Part shown: positions 38,481 through 47,252 of the stretch, one piece after another | Numbering within the stretch: position 1 is the stretch's first letter | How the letters are laid out: each line of letters begins with the position of its first letter | Assembly: GCA_964505635.1 (NCBI GenBank) | Contig: CAZDIP010000003.1 | Span: forward strand, 79,313-143,312 | Reading direction: 5' to 3' | Source of the DNA: an uncultured Candidatus Saccharibacteria bacterium | GTDB lineage: Bacteria > Patescibacteriota > Doudnabacteria > UBA920 | DNA length: 64,000 bases | Notes under the pieces: model-generated | Told to the model about the DNA's origin: nothing | What the model saw: only the letters and a program-made list of their open reading frames with translations | Databases searched by the model: none | Position numbers and translations under genes: made by a program

Positions 38481-39656
38481 TTAGGAAACCACTTGTAGTC
38501 TCCTTTTTTTCCGATGGCCAAAATAGATCTTGTACGCCACCAAGGACGTGGTTCCTGGTACTTCTTCAACATAATGTGCCAGGCCGGCACTCTCTAAACA
38601 CTTCAAAATGGGCCTTAGCTGCCTCTTCGATGTAACCCTCTGATCAAAGGCCATAAAGCGGCCATCGGCGTCCTCTCGGAGATTCTGGGCCAGAAGAGCA
38701 CTGGCAAGCGAGTTTTCTTTGACAGCCTTAATCACGGTTGCCAAAAACAGCTCCTCGGGCGACATCTTCATGTACGCAATCTCCTCTTCCGAGAAAGAGG
38801 AGCTTGCGGGCACAATCTTCGGTGGACGCTCCTCACCGTCTTGCGAAGAAAGCGCCACCCAAATTATGCACACAAAGATCACCGCTACTAAGGCAACCGC
38901 CAAAAACACAAAAAGTTTTTCCGGAGCCGGATCACCCTTCCTGTCTTCTGGCGGTGGAGGAGGGATAAATACATCACCCATTTCCGGTGCAGTCTTCGGC
39001 AAAAGTCTAGACGCATACGCATCCGCAACGGGATCCTGTTCTCCTTCCTTTGCCTTCTCCGCTGAGTCCGCCGAAGCAGATCCTGGAACAGTCGGGGTCG
39101 AAGTGGATGTGGGGGCTGGTGTTGATGCTGGTGTCGGTACGGAAGCTGATGCGGGCGTCGGTATTTGGGCGCTCGCCGCCAGCTTATTATTCTTGGATGC
39201 GGATTCAGCCTTTGGCTTTGGCGCTGTGACCGTTGTGCTCACGAGGGGTTTTGCCACTTCTGTTGTTGGTTTGGGGTCAGAAGTTGGCGTTGCCACCTTT
39301 TCCTTGCCTTTGCCAAACAGTTGGTTCTCAACTGCGAGACAGCGAGCAAGCCGTTTCTGATCCACCTTGGCTCCGTCGGGCAGCCAGTAGATACGAGACT
39401 TCAGCCGCCGGATTTCAAACGTCGCCGGATTTTCGCAAGACAGCCGTGGGCCGTCTGGAGAGCCATGGCGCAATTCCGTGTAAAGATTAGGGTCAAGTCC
39501 GGCGTTTTTCAGAACGGCCATCGGGCCCCTCTTGGAGACCCCACCGTCTTCTTCAGCCCTGGCATACAACGTAATTTCGCGATCTTCGGCCTGCAGGCTT
39601 GCGCCCAGCAGGAAAAAGACCGCTAACGCGAACAGAAAGATTCTCTTCGTTTTCAT
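38481..39656 (-). CDS. high-GC single-pass membrane protein with a Pro/Thr/Ala/Ser-rich stalk (island gene 3)
   Basis: Signal peptide MKTKRIFLFALAVFFLLGASLQA. PT-rich low-complexity region. TM LFVFLAVALVAVIFVCIIWVAL. C-terminal cytoplasmic domain. Confidence 0.7.
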   Translation of the reverse strand: MKTKRIFLFALAVFFLLGASLQAEDREITLYARAEEDGGVSKRGPMAVLKNAGLDPNLYTELRHGSPDGPRLSCENPATFEIRRLKSRIYWLPDGAKVDQKRLARCLAVENQLFGKGKEKVATPTSDPKPTTEVAKPLVSTTVTAPKPKAESASKNNKLAASAQIPTPASASVPTPASTPAPTSTSTPTVPGSASADSAEKAKEGEQDPVADAYASRLLPKTAPEMGDVFIPPPPPEDRKGDPAPEKLFVFLAVALVAVIFVCIIWVALSSQDGEERPPKIVPASSSFSEEEIAYMKMSPEELFLATVIKAVKENSLASALLAQNLREDADGRFMAFDQRVTSKRQLRPILKCLESAGLAHYVEEVPGTTSLVAYKIYFGHRKKRRLQVVS

Positions 39657-39780
39657 CTCTCATTTCCTCTTTTGTATTTTTTCAAGAACTCAGCCAAAAA
39701 CAAAACTGCTGTTTTGGTCTGGTCGCTGTCCATAAAATAAAAACAACAATCAAACCAAAAGATATAACATATAACGAAAT

Positions 39781-39809
39781 ATTTTATCATAAATTTCACA
39801 TATTGTCAA
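39781..39809 (-). promoter_or_regulatory. promoter for island gene 3 (divergent partner)
   Basis: Minus strand: TTGACA (39804-39809), 17-nt spacer, TAAAAT (39781-39786). Confidence 0.5.
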
Positions 39810-39819
39810 TAATCTTTTA

Positions 39820-39848
39820 TTGACATATACAAGCAATTATTATATAAT
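39820..39848 (+). promoter_or_regulatory. consensus promoter for island gene 4
   Basis: TTGACA (39820-39825), 17-nt spacer, TATAAT (39843-39848). The two divergent -35 boxes lie in the inverted repeat TATTGTCAATAA/TTATTGACATA. Confidence 0.55.
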
Positions 39849-39987
39849 ATTTTGATTAAATATATTGTTCAGTTGGCAGTGCTGCCTGCTGATAGTATCT
39901 TTAAGCCCTCCTAACTAGGCGGGTAAACACGAAAACCAAAAACCCCAAACGCCTAAAAGCTTTGGGCAAGCCTTAAGGAGGCGCGCA

Positions 39988-40590
39988 ATGAAATGGTTAT
40001 TTTGGATTACGTTGGTGGTGTTTGTGTGGGTGGGTGGATGCCAGAGCCTGGCTCTGGGCCCGGTTGACTTGTTGGTTGAGCTGCTGGGGGTGGGACTCAT
40101 AACGCTTGCCAATGCGCTCTTGGCTTGGCTGATAATGTCTTGGCTGGCGAACTGGATGCAGGTTCAAAGTCCGAGGCTCGTAAAATCCTGGATTTTGTTC
40201 CTTCTCCTGTTAGGAATACCTCACTACTACGCCAGCTACAAGCTGGCGCCGCTCAAGCGTCAGTTCCGAACCATCGCGAGCGGCAGCGGGCAGGTGGAAG
40301 CCGGAGAACCCGGCGGCATCAACACCCTCAACTTTGGGGGGGAGTTAGACAAAATTGTCTTCCTCCGCATGCGGTGGCTGGCACAGCACCAGTACCTGCC
40401 AGCAGGTTCTGGTAAGTGGTGGGTGACTGACGGCTATTCGCCCAATCTGGCGATGTTGTACTTCCGGTTACCGCTTACAAAAAAGTGGTACGACAGAATG
40501 ATGGTCGACGCCATCGGCGCCGACTACTACAAACTCCTGGGCGAAAGCCCACCAGCAGAAACCAAAGCGCAGCCTAAAAAGCTGCGCTAA
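39988..40590 (+). CDS. high-GC polytopic membrane protein (island gene 4)
   Basis: AAGGAGG SD 6 nt before the ATG. 200 aa. Three N-terminal TM helices followed by a soluble domain. Confidence 0.7.
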   Translation: MKWLFWITLVVFVWVGGCQSLALGPVDLLVELLGVGLITLANALLAWLIMSWLANWMQVQSPRLVKSWILFLLLLGIPHYYASYKLAPLKRQFRTIASGSGQVEAGEPGGINTLNFGGELDKIVFLRMRWLAQHQYLPAGSGKWWVTDGYSPNLAMLYFRLPLTKKWYDRMMVDAIGADYYKLLGESPPAETKAQPKKLR

Positions 40591-40607
40591 GAACCAACAT
40601 ACAGCAA

Positions 40608-40644
40608 AGAGCCGCGCCCTTTTCGGAAGAAGGGTCGCGGCTTT
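40608..40644 (+). terminator. intrinsic terminator of island gene 4
   Basis: AGAGCCGCGCCCTT-TTCGGAAG-AAGGGTCGCGGCTTTT. Confidence 0.65.
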
Positions 40645-40701
40645 TAACTTGCACTTAATTTACTATTTTAAAACTAAAAATTGTACGGCGTAGATTACTT
40701 A

Positions 40702-41949
40702 TTATGGTAAAAAAGATTTAAACCAATTTTTCATTTTATTTAAATTTTGACTGAGGCCAAAGTTTTTAAACATTTTTCCAAACTCCGCTCCGGAGCCGCT
40801 GCCCAAACGGTTGCCCCATAAAATCAGCCCGACTGCTGTGGCAAAAGAAGGTTCATTTACTCTGTCAATGACCGAGTTTATATTCTGCGCCTGGCCTATG
40901 GTAACAGGCAAGCGCAAATGCTTTTTAGCGTATTCGGCAATACCGGGCATTTTGGCTCCCCCGCCTACCAACACAATGCCTGAGGGCAATTTGCCGTCGC
41001 GATTGATTTTTTTCAGCTCAGCGTTTATATGGTCAAAAATTTCCTCAAGCCTGGCCTGCATAATCTCCACCACCAAACCGCGGGTGGTAGACTGTTCTTC
41101 GGAAGCATCTATTTTTGACAAGTCTATTTCTTCGTTTTTGTCTATGGCTTTTAAGTCGGTATGCCCGAAGGCCAATTTTACTTTTTCCGCCGTCTCAATG
41201 CTGGTTCTAAGGCCAATAGCAATGTCGTTGGTTATATGCTGGCAGCCAATAGGCAAAACACTGGTATGCAGCAAATCCCCTTCTTCGTAAACAGCAATGC
41301 CGGTAGTGCCGGCTCCCAAGTCCACCACGCACACGCCCAAATCTTTTTGCCGCTTGTTAAGCACGCTTTCTGAAGCCGCACACACAGACAAAACCAGGTT
41401 GTCTATTTCCAGTCCGGCCTGCGCAATACAACGGCTTAAATTTCTCACAAACGGCAAACCGGCCTGCACAATAATAGTTTCCACTTCCAAACGGATGCCC
41501 GTCATGCCCAACGGATCTTTTATTCCACCCTGCCCGTCCAAAGTAAAAGTTTTAGGAAAAACGTGCAAAACTTCCTTGTTTTGCGGAATAGAAATGGCCT
41601 GACTGGCGTCTATGCAGCGCACAATGTCGCTTTCCGAAATCTCCCCGTCCGCCCGGCTAACGGCAATCACGCCATGGGAGTTAACCGAGGAAATATGGTT
41701 GCCGCCCACGGAAACATTGGCTGAAGTTATGGGTACGCCGGTCATCCTTTCCACTTTTTCCAAAGCAGAAGAAATGCCGGACACCGCCTCTTCCACGTCC
41801 ACAATCACGCCTTTGCGAATGCCGGTAGAAGGCACCTCGCTGACGCCAATAATATTTAAAGTCGGGGAATTCGGCGAAAGCTTGGCCAAAACCGCGCGCG
41901 CAAAAAAAGTGCCTATGTCCAAACCTACAATGTAATGTTCTTTTGCCAT
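40702..41949 (-). CDS. ftsA: cell division protein FtsA
   Basis: MAKEHYIVGLDIGT...VVDLGAGTT...LVGGGA actin-fold ATPase. Confidence 0.92.
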   Translation of the reverse strand: MAKEHYIVGLDIGTFFARAVLAKLSPNSPTLNIIGVSEVPSTGIRKGVIVDVEEAVSGISSALEKVERMTGVPITSANVSVGGNHISSVNSHGVIAVSRADGEISESDIVRCIDASQAISIPQNKEVLHVFPKTFTLDGQGGIKDPLGMTGIRLEVETIIVQAGLPFVRNLSRCIAQAGLEIDNLVLSVCAASESVLNKRQKDLGVCVVDLGAGTTGIAVYEEGDLLHTSVLPIGCQHITNDIAIGLRTSIETAEKVKLAFGHTDLKAIDKNEEIDLSKIDASEEQSTTRGLVVEIMQARLEEIFDHINAELKKINRDGKLPSGIVLVGGGAKMPGIAEYAKKHLRLPVTIGQAQNINSVIDRVNEPSFATAVGLILWGNRLGSGSGAEFGKMFKNFGLSQNLNKMKNWFKSFLP

Positions 41950-42013
41950 TTATATTGCACAAATTACTAAATTTTACTACTTAATGGCGTTAGTATAATT
42001 CGTAATTAGTAGT

Positions 42014-42466
42014 TTATTTTAATTTTTCTTTCAACACTTTAGCCAACAAAGCCCCGTCAGCCGCATTGCCGGCCTTCAATTTTAGCTGGCCCATTAACTT
42101 GCCAAAATCGCCGGTTGTGTAAGCTTGTCCAGACAGCATGCCTTCTACCATTTGGGCTATTTGTTCTTCTGACATTTGCTGGGGCAAATATTTTTGAAAA
42201 ACATCAGCCTCACCCAGCTCTTTCTCCATAAGCTCGGTTCGTCCGCCGGTTTTAAAACTTTCCGCCGCTTCCTTGCGCTTTTTTAACTCCGAACGGATTA
42301 AGGCTAAAATTTCATCTTCACTTAAATCTTCTTTCATTTTAGCTACTTTTTCATTTTGAATCCTGGTTTTTAAGCCGCGCAAAGCCTCCAAAGCAAGGCG
42401 GTCTTTGGCTTTTAGCGCTTCTTTTAAATCGTTTTCAATTTGAGAAAGTGACAACATTGTTTTCAA
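42014..42466 (-). CDS. GatB/YqeY domain protein
   Basis: 150 aa. LKEALKAKD...ELKKRKEAAE...GKLMGQLK. Confidence 0.85.
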   Translation of the reverse strand: MKTMLSLSQIENDLKEALKAKDRLALEALRGLKTRIQNEKVAKMKEDLSEDEILALIRSELKKRKEAAESFKTGGRTELMEKELGEADVFQKYLPQQMSEEQIAQMVEGMLSGQAYTTGDFGKLMGQLKLKAGNAADGALLAKVLKEKLK

Positions 42467-42562
42467 TAAATCTCAAGTTACAAATTTCAAATAAACTCCG
42501 CTCGCTGTTTTATGTCTAAAAATCTATTTGAAATTTGGCTTTTGGAATTTAATTTAAAGAAC

Positions 42563-42811
42563 CTATCTCCTGCCGTATCTTTTTGCCGGCATGGGCTTGC
42601 CCAATTTTTTCAACTCTTCTTTCTGAGCGCGAATTTGAGTTCGTCTGCGGGCGGCAACTTTTTGCAAATTGCGGCTTTTGGGCGATTCAAAAAAACGGAT
42701 CTTGCGGGCGCGGATTAATACCCCGCTCTGCTGGATCTTGCGGTTAAATCTTCTCAACAAAGAATCAAACGATTCATTGTCCTTTCTTTTAACTTCTACC
42801 AATTTACTCAC
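42563..42811 (-). CDS. rpsU: 30S ribosomal protein S21
   Basis: ESFDSLLRRFNRKIQQSGVL...RKIRFFESP. Confidence 0.9.
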   Translation of the reverse strand: MSKLVEVKRKDNESFDSLLRRFNRKIQQSGVLIRARKIRFFESPKSRNLQKVAARRRTQIRAQKEELKKLGKPMPAKRYGRR

Positions 42812-42978
42812 TCTCCTTTCAAATTAGATGAACTTATTATAAAATAGTTTCGTCTTTTGGTCAAACAAACTCCCAAAAATACAAATTCGCGGCACCGCGG
42901 CGCACAAAAAAACTACAGAACCAAAAATATTTAGATTCTGTAGGTATTTGCAGCGTTACTTAAAGCTGTGGTTTAGAA

Positions 42979-43314
42979 TTACTCCGGCAGCTGTTTTCCA
43001 CCCATCAAATGTAAATGCAGGTGCGGTATGACTTGCCCGCCATCTCGTCCGACGTTGAAAATCAGTTTATAACCGGTCTCAGCCACTCCGAATTTTTCCG
43101 CCATTTGCTTGGCTAAAAAAACCATTTGCCCCACCAAAGCCTGATGCTCTGTCCCAATATGGTTGACCGACAACAGGTGCGCTTTTGGTATGACCAACAA
43201 ATGAACCGGAGCTTTAGGCAAAATGTCCTTAATGACAATTAAGTCGCTGTTTTCAAACTGGATTTGGGACTGTATGGTTTTATTTACTATATTGCAAAAT
43301 ACGCAATCTTCCAT
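42979..43314 (-). CDS. HIT-family (histidine triad) hydrolase
   Basis: CVFCNI...HLLVIPK...HLHLHL. Confidence 0.9.
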   Translation of the reverse strand: MEDCVFCNIVNKTIQSQIQFENSDLIVIKDILPKAPVHLLVIPKAHLLSVNHIGTEHQALVGQMVFLAKQMAEKFGVAETGYKLIFNVGRDGGQVIPHLHLHLMGGKQLPE

Positions 43315-43374
43315 AATCTTACCCCAAAGCTTGTTAAGCTGTTTTTAGCTTATTAAGCTTATTAGCTTATAAAT

Positions 43375-44673
43375 CTACCTACCTAAACGTTTTTTTACCT
43401 CTGAAACTATTTTATCATACGAAATTATCTCCTGCATACCGCTTTTTACATCACGCAAAATCACCATTTCGTCCGCCGCCTCTTTTTGGCCCATAATCAG
43501 GGCTATTGGCGCTTTGTAAGTTTCTGCGGCTTTTAACTGGTTTTTTACCCCGCTTTCTCCAAAATGGTCATAGACCGTAACTTTTTCCAGGACTAAATCC
43601 CTAAAAAGCCGCAAAGACTTCTTGGAAGCCAACTCTCCCAAAGGAACCAAAAATACTTCGCTTTTTTGCTCCCTGGCCACCTCCACGCCTGCCTGCTGCA
43701 TGGCTTTTTTAACCTCTACCAAACTTCCGGTAAATCCGAAGCAGCAATAATTTTTGCCGCATAGGTTATGCATTAAAGTGTCATGATAACCGCCTTCACC
43801 AACCTGATAAATTACATCTTTAACCCTTGCCTTAATCGCAAAATTGGTTTTATGATATCCGCTCGGACCCACATATAGCGGGTTAAGTTGATACGGAATA
43901 GAAAGCTCGTCTAAGGCTTCTAAAATATTGGTAAAATGTTTGTGCGATTCCTGGTCTAAAAAATCCAAAATAGTCGGGGCTTCGGAAACTATGGCCTGGC
44001 AGTCTAAATTAGAACATCTAAAAACATTCATGGGCCTGGTGTTAATATGCTCATTGCAGGCATCGCACAATTCATATTTTTTACCAAGTAAAAAATCCTG
44101 CAAACTGCCCTGATACGCCACCTGGCAATCGGCCTGCCCTACGCTGTTTATCTCCAAAGTCAGGTCCTTAAGCCCCAGGCTTTGCAAAAAATGCCATACC
44201 CCGGAAATAATTTGCGCCTCGGCCAAATGGTTGAACCCGCCAAAAACCTCAAAACCAAATTCAACATCCTGCAAAGTTGTCCTTAGGTTCGGGTCAAATT
44301 TAGATACGCTGCCCCAGTAAGCCCACTTGCTGCTTAAATGAGCTTCGTAAACTTTATGTTGGTAGTAGCTTCTTAATATGGCCGGCAAAAAAGACGGACG
44401 CAAAGCAGCGGCTTGCCCGGCAATGTCCATGCTTAAAACCTTTCCCAACTCAGCCGGGGAATCTTTAAAAAAATTTTCATAAAGCCTTAAGTCTTCCAAA
44501 AGCGGAGTTTCAGTTTTTTCAAAACCATACACCCGGCAAATTCTTTGCAAACGGCTTAAAATCGCGTCCCAAAAAGGATCAGCCTGGGCAATCACATCCT
44601 GGGCTCCGGGCAGGCCTTGCACTTTTTTAGGCACATAAGAAGAAGCGGTTTTATTTTTTTTAGGTCTCCCCAT
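43375..44673 (-). CDS. hisS: histidine--tRNA ligase
   Basis: Class II core (ALRPSFLPAILRSY, LEINSVG) plus a C-terminal anticodon-binding domain. Confidence 0.8.
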   Translation of the reverse strand: MGRPKKNKTASSYVPKKVQGLPGAQDVIAQADPFWDAILSRLQRICRVYGFEKTETPLLEDLRLYENFFKDSPAELGKVLSMDIAGQAAALRPSFLPAILRSYYQHKVYEAHLSSKWAYWGSVSKFDPNLRTTLQDVEFGFEVFGGFNHLAEAQIISGVWHFLQSLGLKDLTLEINSVGQADCQVAYQGSLQDFLLGKKYELCDACNEHINTRPMNVFRCSNLDCQAIVSEAPTILDFLDQESHKHFTNILEALDELSIPYQLNPLYVGPSGYHKTNFAIKARVKDVIYQVGEGGYHDTLMHNLCGKNYCCFGFTGSLVEVKKAMQQAGVEVAREQKSEVFLVPLGELASKKSLRLFRDLVLEKVTVYDHFGESGVKNQLKAAETYKAPIALIMGQKEAADEMVILRDVKSGMQEIISYDKIVSEVKKRLGR

Positions 44674-44710
44674 AAATATGGTTTTAGTTATATGGCTAAA
44701 ATTTTAAAGC

Positions 44711-45316
44711 TTACTCCGAGTATGAAACTGCCGGCACAAATCCAAAACTTTGAACAGGCAGCACCCTAAGCCATGCTTTTCCTATAATATCATTCTTCGG
44801 CAAAATTCCCCACACCCGGGAATCCGAACTGGCCGTGCGGTTATCGCCGAGTACAAAATATTCCTCGCTGCCTAAAGTGACCGCTTCCGGCCGACCCAAA
44901 GTAATGCCCTGGGAAGGCAAATAATCTTCCCTGAGCCGAAAACCTTGCGGATTTTCAGCGTTATAAACAAGCACATGGCCTTGCTCCAGCCGGACTGTTT
45001 CCCCGGGCAAGCCCACAATACGTTTAATAAAAAACTGGGAGGTGTCTTTTGGAAATTTAAGGACAACTACATCTCCTCTTTTTGGCTCGCTGCGATGATA
45101 AGTCAGCCTGTCCACGATTAAATAGTCGCGGTTGTGAAAATTCGGCACCATGGAAGACCCGCTCACAACAAAAGGCTCGGCCACAAACATCCTAAAAGGC
45201 ACAATAATAGCCAGGGCAAAAATTACAATCTTCGCCAAGTCCCACAAAAATCCCCCTACGGCCTGAAACTGGGAAGAATTTTCGGAATTTTGATTTTGAT
45301 TTGTATCAAAAGACAT
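44711..45316 (-). CDS. lepB: signal peptidase I
   Basis: SGSSMVPN, GDNRTASSDSR. Confidence 0.9.
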   Translation of the reverse strand: MSFDTNQNQNSENSSQFQAVGGFLWDLAKIVIFALAIIVPFRMFVAEPFVVSGSSMVPNFHNRDYLIVDRLTYHRSEPKRGDVVVLKFPKDTSQFFIKRIVGLPGETVRLEQGHVLVYNAENPQGFRLREDYLPSQGITLGRPEAVTLGSEEYFVLGDNRTASSDSRVWGILPKNDIIGKAWLRVLPVQSFGFVPAVSYSE

Positions 45317-45466
45317 TAAACTTAAATAAAAATATAGCGCGTACTGTCATTCTAATGAAATTTTTGAAACGGTCAAGTGAACAAAGAAGCCAATTGATAT
45401 CGGCACTCCTTTAAAAAACTCTAGACGTCAACGTATTTAATTTTTAGCTTACGCCAGCTAAAAGCT

Positions 45467-45587
45467 AAAGTTATTTCGCAACATTTGGTGGACAATAGAG
45501 GACTCGAACCTCTGACCTCGCCGATGTGAACGGCGCGCTCTAACCAACTGAGCTAATTGTCCTCACCAAGTGTTGCGAAATAACTTT
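45467..45587. repeat. 17-bp perfect inverted repeat bracketing tRNA-Val
   Basis: AAAGTTATTTCGCAACA (45467-45483) pairs with TGTTGCGAAATAACTTT (45571-45587). Confidence 0.8.
45486..45562 (-). tRNA. tRNA-Val (anticodon CAC)
   Basis: Reverse complement: GGACAAT acceptor stem, D-arm GCTCAGTTGGTTAGAGC, anticodon loop TTCACAT, T-arm GGTTCGAGTCC, and 3' CCA. Confidence 0.85.
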
Positions 45588-45785
45588 TTAGCCATACCGA
45601 CATCTGTTCAACTCTTTAAAATTTGAGGGATTTTAATAACTTAACAAAATCCGCATACCGCTCTCTTTTATCAACGGCACAAATATTAACTGCGCAGATA
45701 AAATATAACGATTTTTTTCATTCAATGCAACTGTCGCCCAAAAAGGAATTTTATACTATAATATTTAGGCAATTTAGAAAAACTT

Positions 45786-47228
45786 ATGTCCAATTTAGAC
45801 TCAATTCAGAAGAAAAACCTGCCTCAATCTCCCAAAATCAATTCTTATTCACCCCTGCCGCCTCAGCAAAAAAAAAGTTTTACCCCAGCGACTGCCGGCA
45901 CTTCTTCCGGCAAGAAGGTTTTAAGGTTAATTTTAACAGCCATTATCTGCGTAATTTTAGCTCTATCCGTTATTGTGATAGCTAAAGCAGTCAATCTGTC
46001 CAACAAAATCTTTGTGGGCACTAAAACCTCTTTTGTCAGCAAGGTTATAGAAGTAATTAAAAATGCCAGCGGCCTGGGAACTTCCAATAATGAACTTAAA
46101 AATACAAATATTTTGCTTTTGGGAATCGGGGGAGAAGGCCACGACGGCCCGTATTTGACCGATACCATGATAGTTGCCCAAATTAGAACTGATCTTAAAG
46201 AAATAAGCCTCACCTCCATTCCCCGGGATTACTTGGTCCAGCTGCCAAACCTGGACGGAAGAAAAATCAATGCCGCTTTTGCGGAAGGTTACAGCAAGCA
46301 TAAAGACTGGAATGAAGGCGGACAGATGGCTTTAAAAGCTGCTCAAGAAATTAGCGGTCTCTCTATCCCCTATTTTGCGGTAGTGGACTTTCAAGGCTTT
46401 GTAAAAGCCGTAGACAAAGTCGGGGGAATTGAAATCAATGTAGAAAGGACTTTTACGGACCGGCAATTTCCGGATGACTTTGTTAAAGACACCAAAGGTT
46501 ATTTGCCTCCAATAACCTTTACCGCGGGCCAGGAAACCATGGGCGGGGAAAGAGCCCTGCAATTTGCCCGTTCGCGCCACGCCGAAGGCGTTGAAGGTTC
46601 TGATTTTGCCAGAAGCCAAAGACAACAAAAAGTCATCCAAGCTTTTAAAAATAAAATGCTGGGGCTGAACCTGATTACTGACGCCAAAACCCTAAATAAT
46701 TTGGTAACAATTTTTGCCAACCATTTCCACACCAATTTAGACCCAAGTAAAATTATTGCTTTATATAATTTTATAAAAACCGAGGGCCTGCATGAGTTTA
46801 TTTCCACTAGTTTGGACGAGCAAACCAAATTAATTTGTCCGCGAATTTTAGAAACTTCGGGCGCTTACGTTCTCTCTCCCTGCATAGGCAAAAATAACCA
46901 GGATATTCAAAGCTTCTTTAAAAACAGTTTTTCACTGGGCAAAATTTATTCCGAGCGCCCGGTTATTTGGATGGGAAACTCCACTGAAGACTTAAAGCTA
47001 TACCAGAAAGCCGATTTGCAACTAACAGCCGCGGGTTTGACAGTTTGGGAAATTTCTTACAGCAAGGACAACTATCCCCAAACCATTATGTACCAAGTTA
47101 ACCCCAAACCTGCCACCGCGGAATATTTGCTCAATACTTTTAAGGCCAAGGAAGTCAGCTTGCCGCCGCCGGGTATAAAAATTGACAAAAATAAGGTTGA
47201 TATTGTGCTAATTTTAGGAACCAACTAA
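45786..47228 (+). CDS. LytR-CpsA-Psr (LCP) family protein
   Basis: N-terminal TM plus an LCP core (LLLGIGGEGHDGPYLTDTMIV...SIPRD). Confidence 0.8.
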   Translation: MSNLDSIQKKNLPQSPKINSYSPLPPQQKKSFTPATAGTSSGKKVLRLILTAIICVILALSVIVIAKAVNLSNKIFVGTKTSFVSKVIEVIKNASGLGTSNNELKNTNILLLGIGGEGHDGPYLTDTMIVAQIRTDLKEISLTSIPRDYLVQLPNLDGRKINAAFAEGYSKHKDWNEGGQMALKAAQEISGLSIPYFAVVDFQGFVKAVDKVGGIEINVERTFTDRQFPDDFVKDTKGYLPPITFTAGQETMGGERALQFARSRHAEGVEGSDFARSQRQQKVIQAFKNKMLGLNLITDAKTLNNLVTIFANHFHTNLDPSKIIALYNFIKTEGLHEFISTSLDEQTKLICPRILETSGAYVLSPCIGKNNQDIQSFFKNSFSLGKIYSERPVIWMGNSTEDLKLYQKADLQLTAAGLTVWEISYSKDNYPQTIMYQVNPKPATAEYLLNTFKAKEVSLPPPGIKIDKNKVDIVLILGTN

Positions 47229-47252
47229 ATCAAAAATTTTTAATGTATTTTT

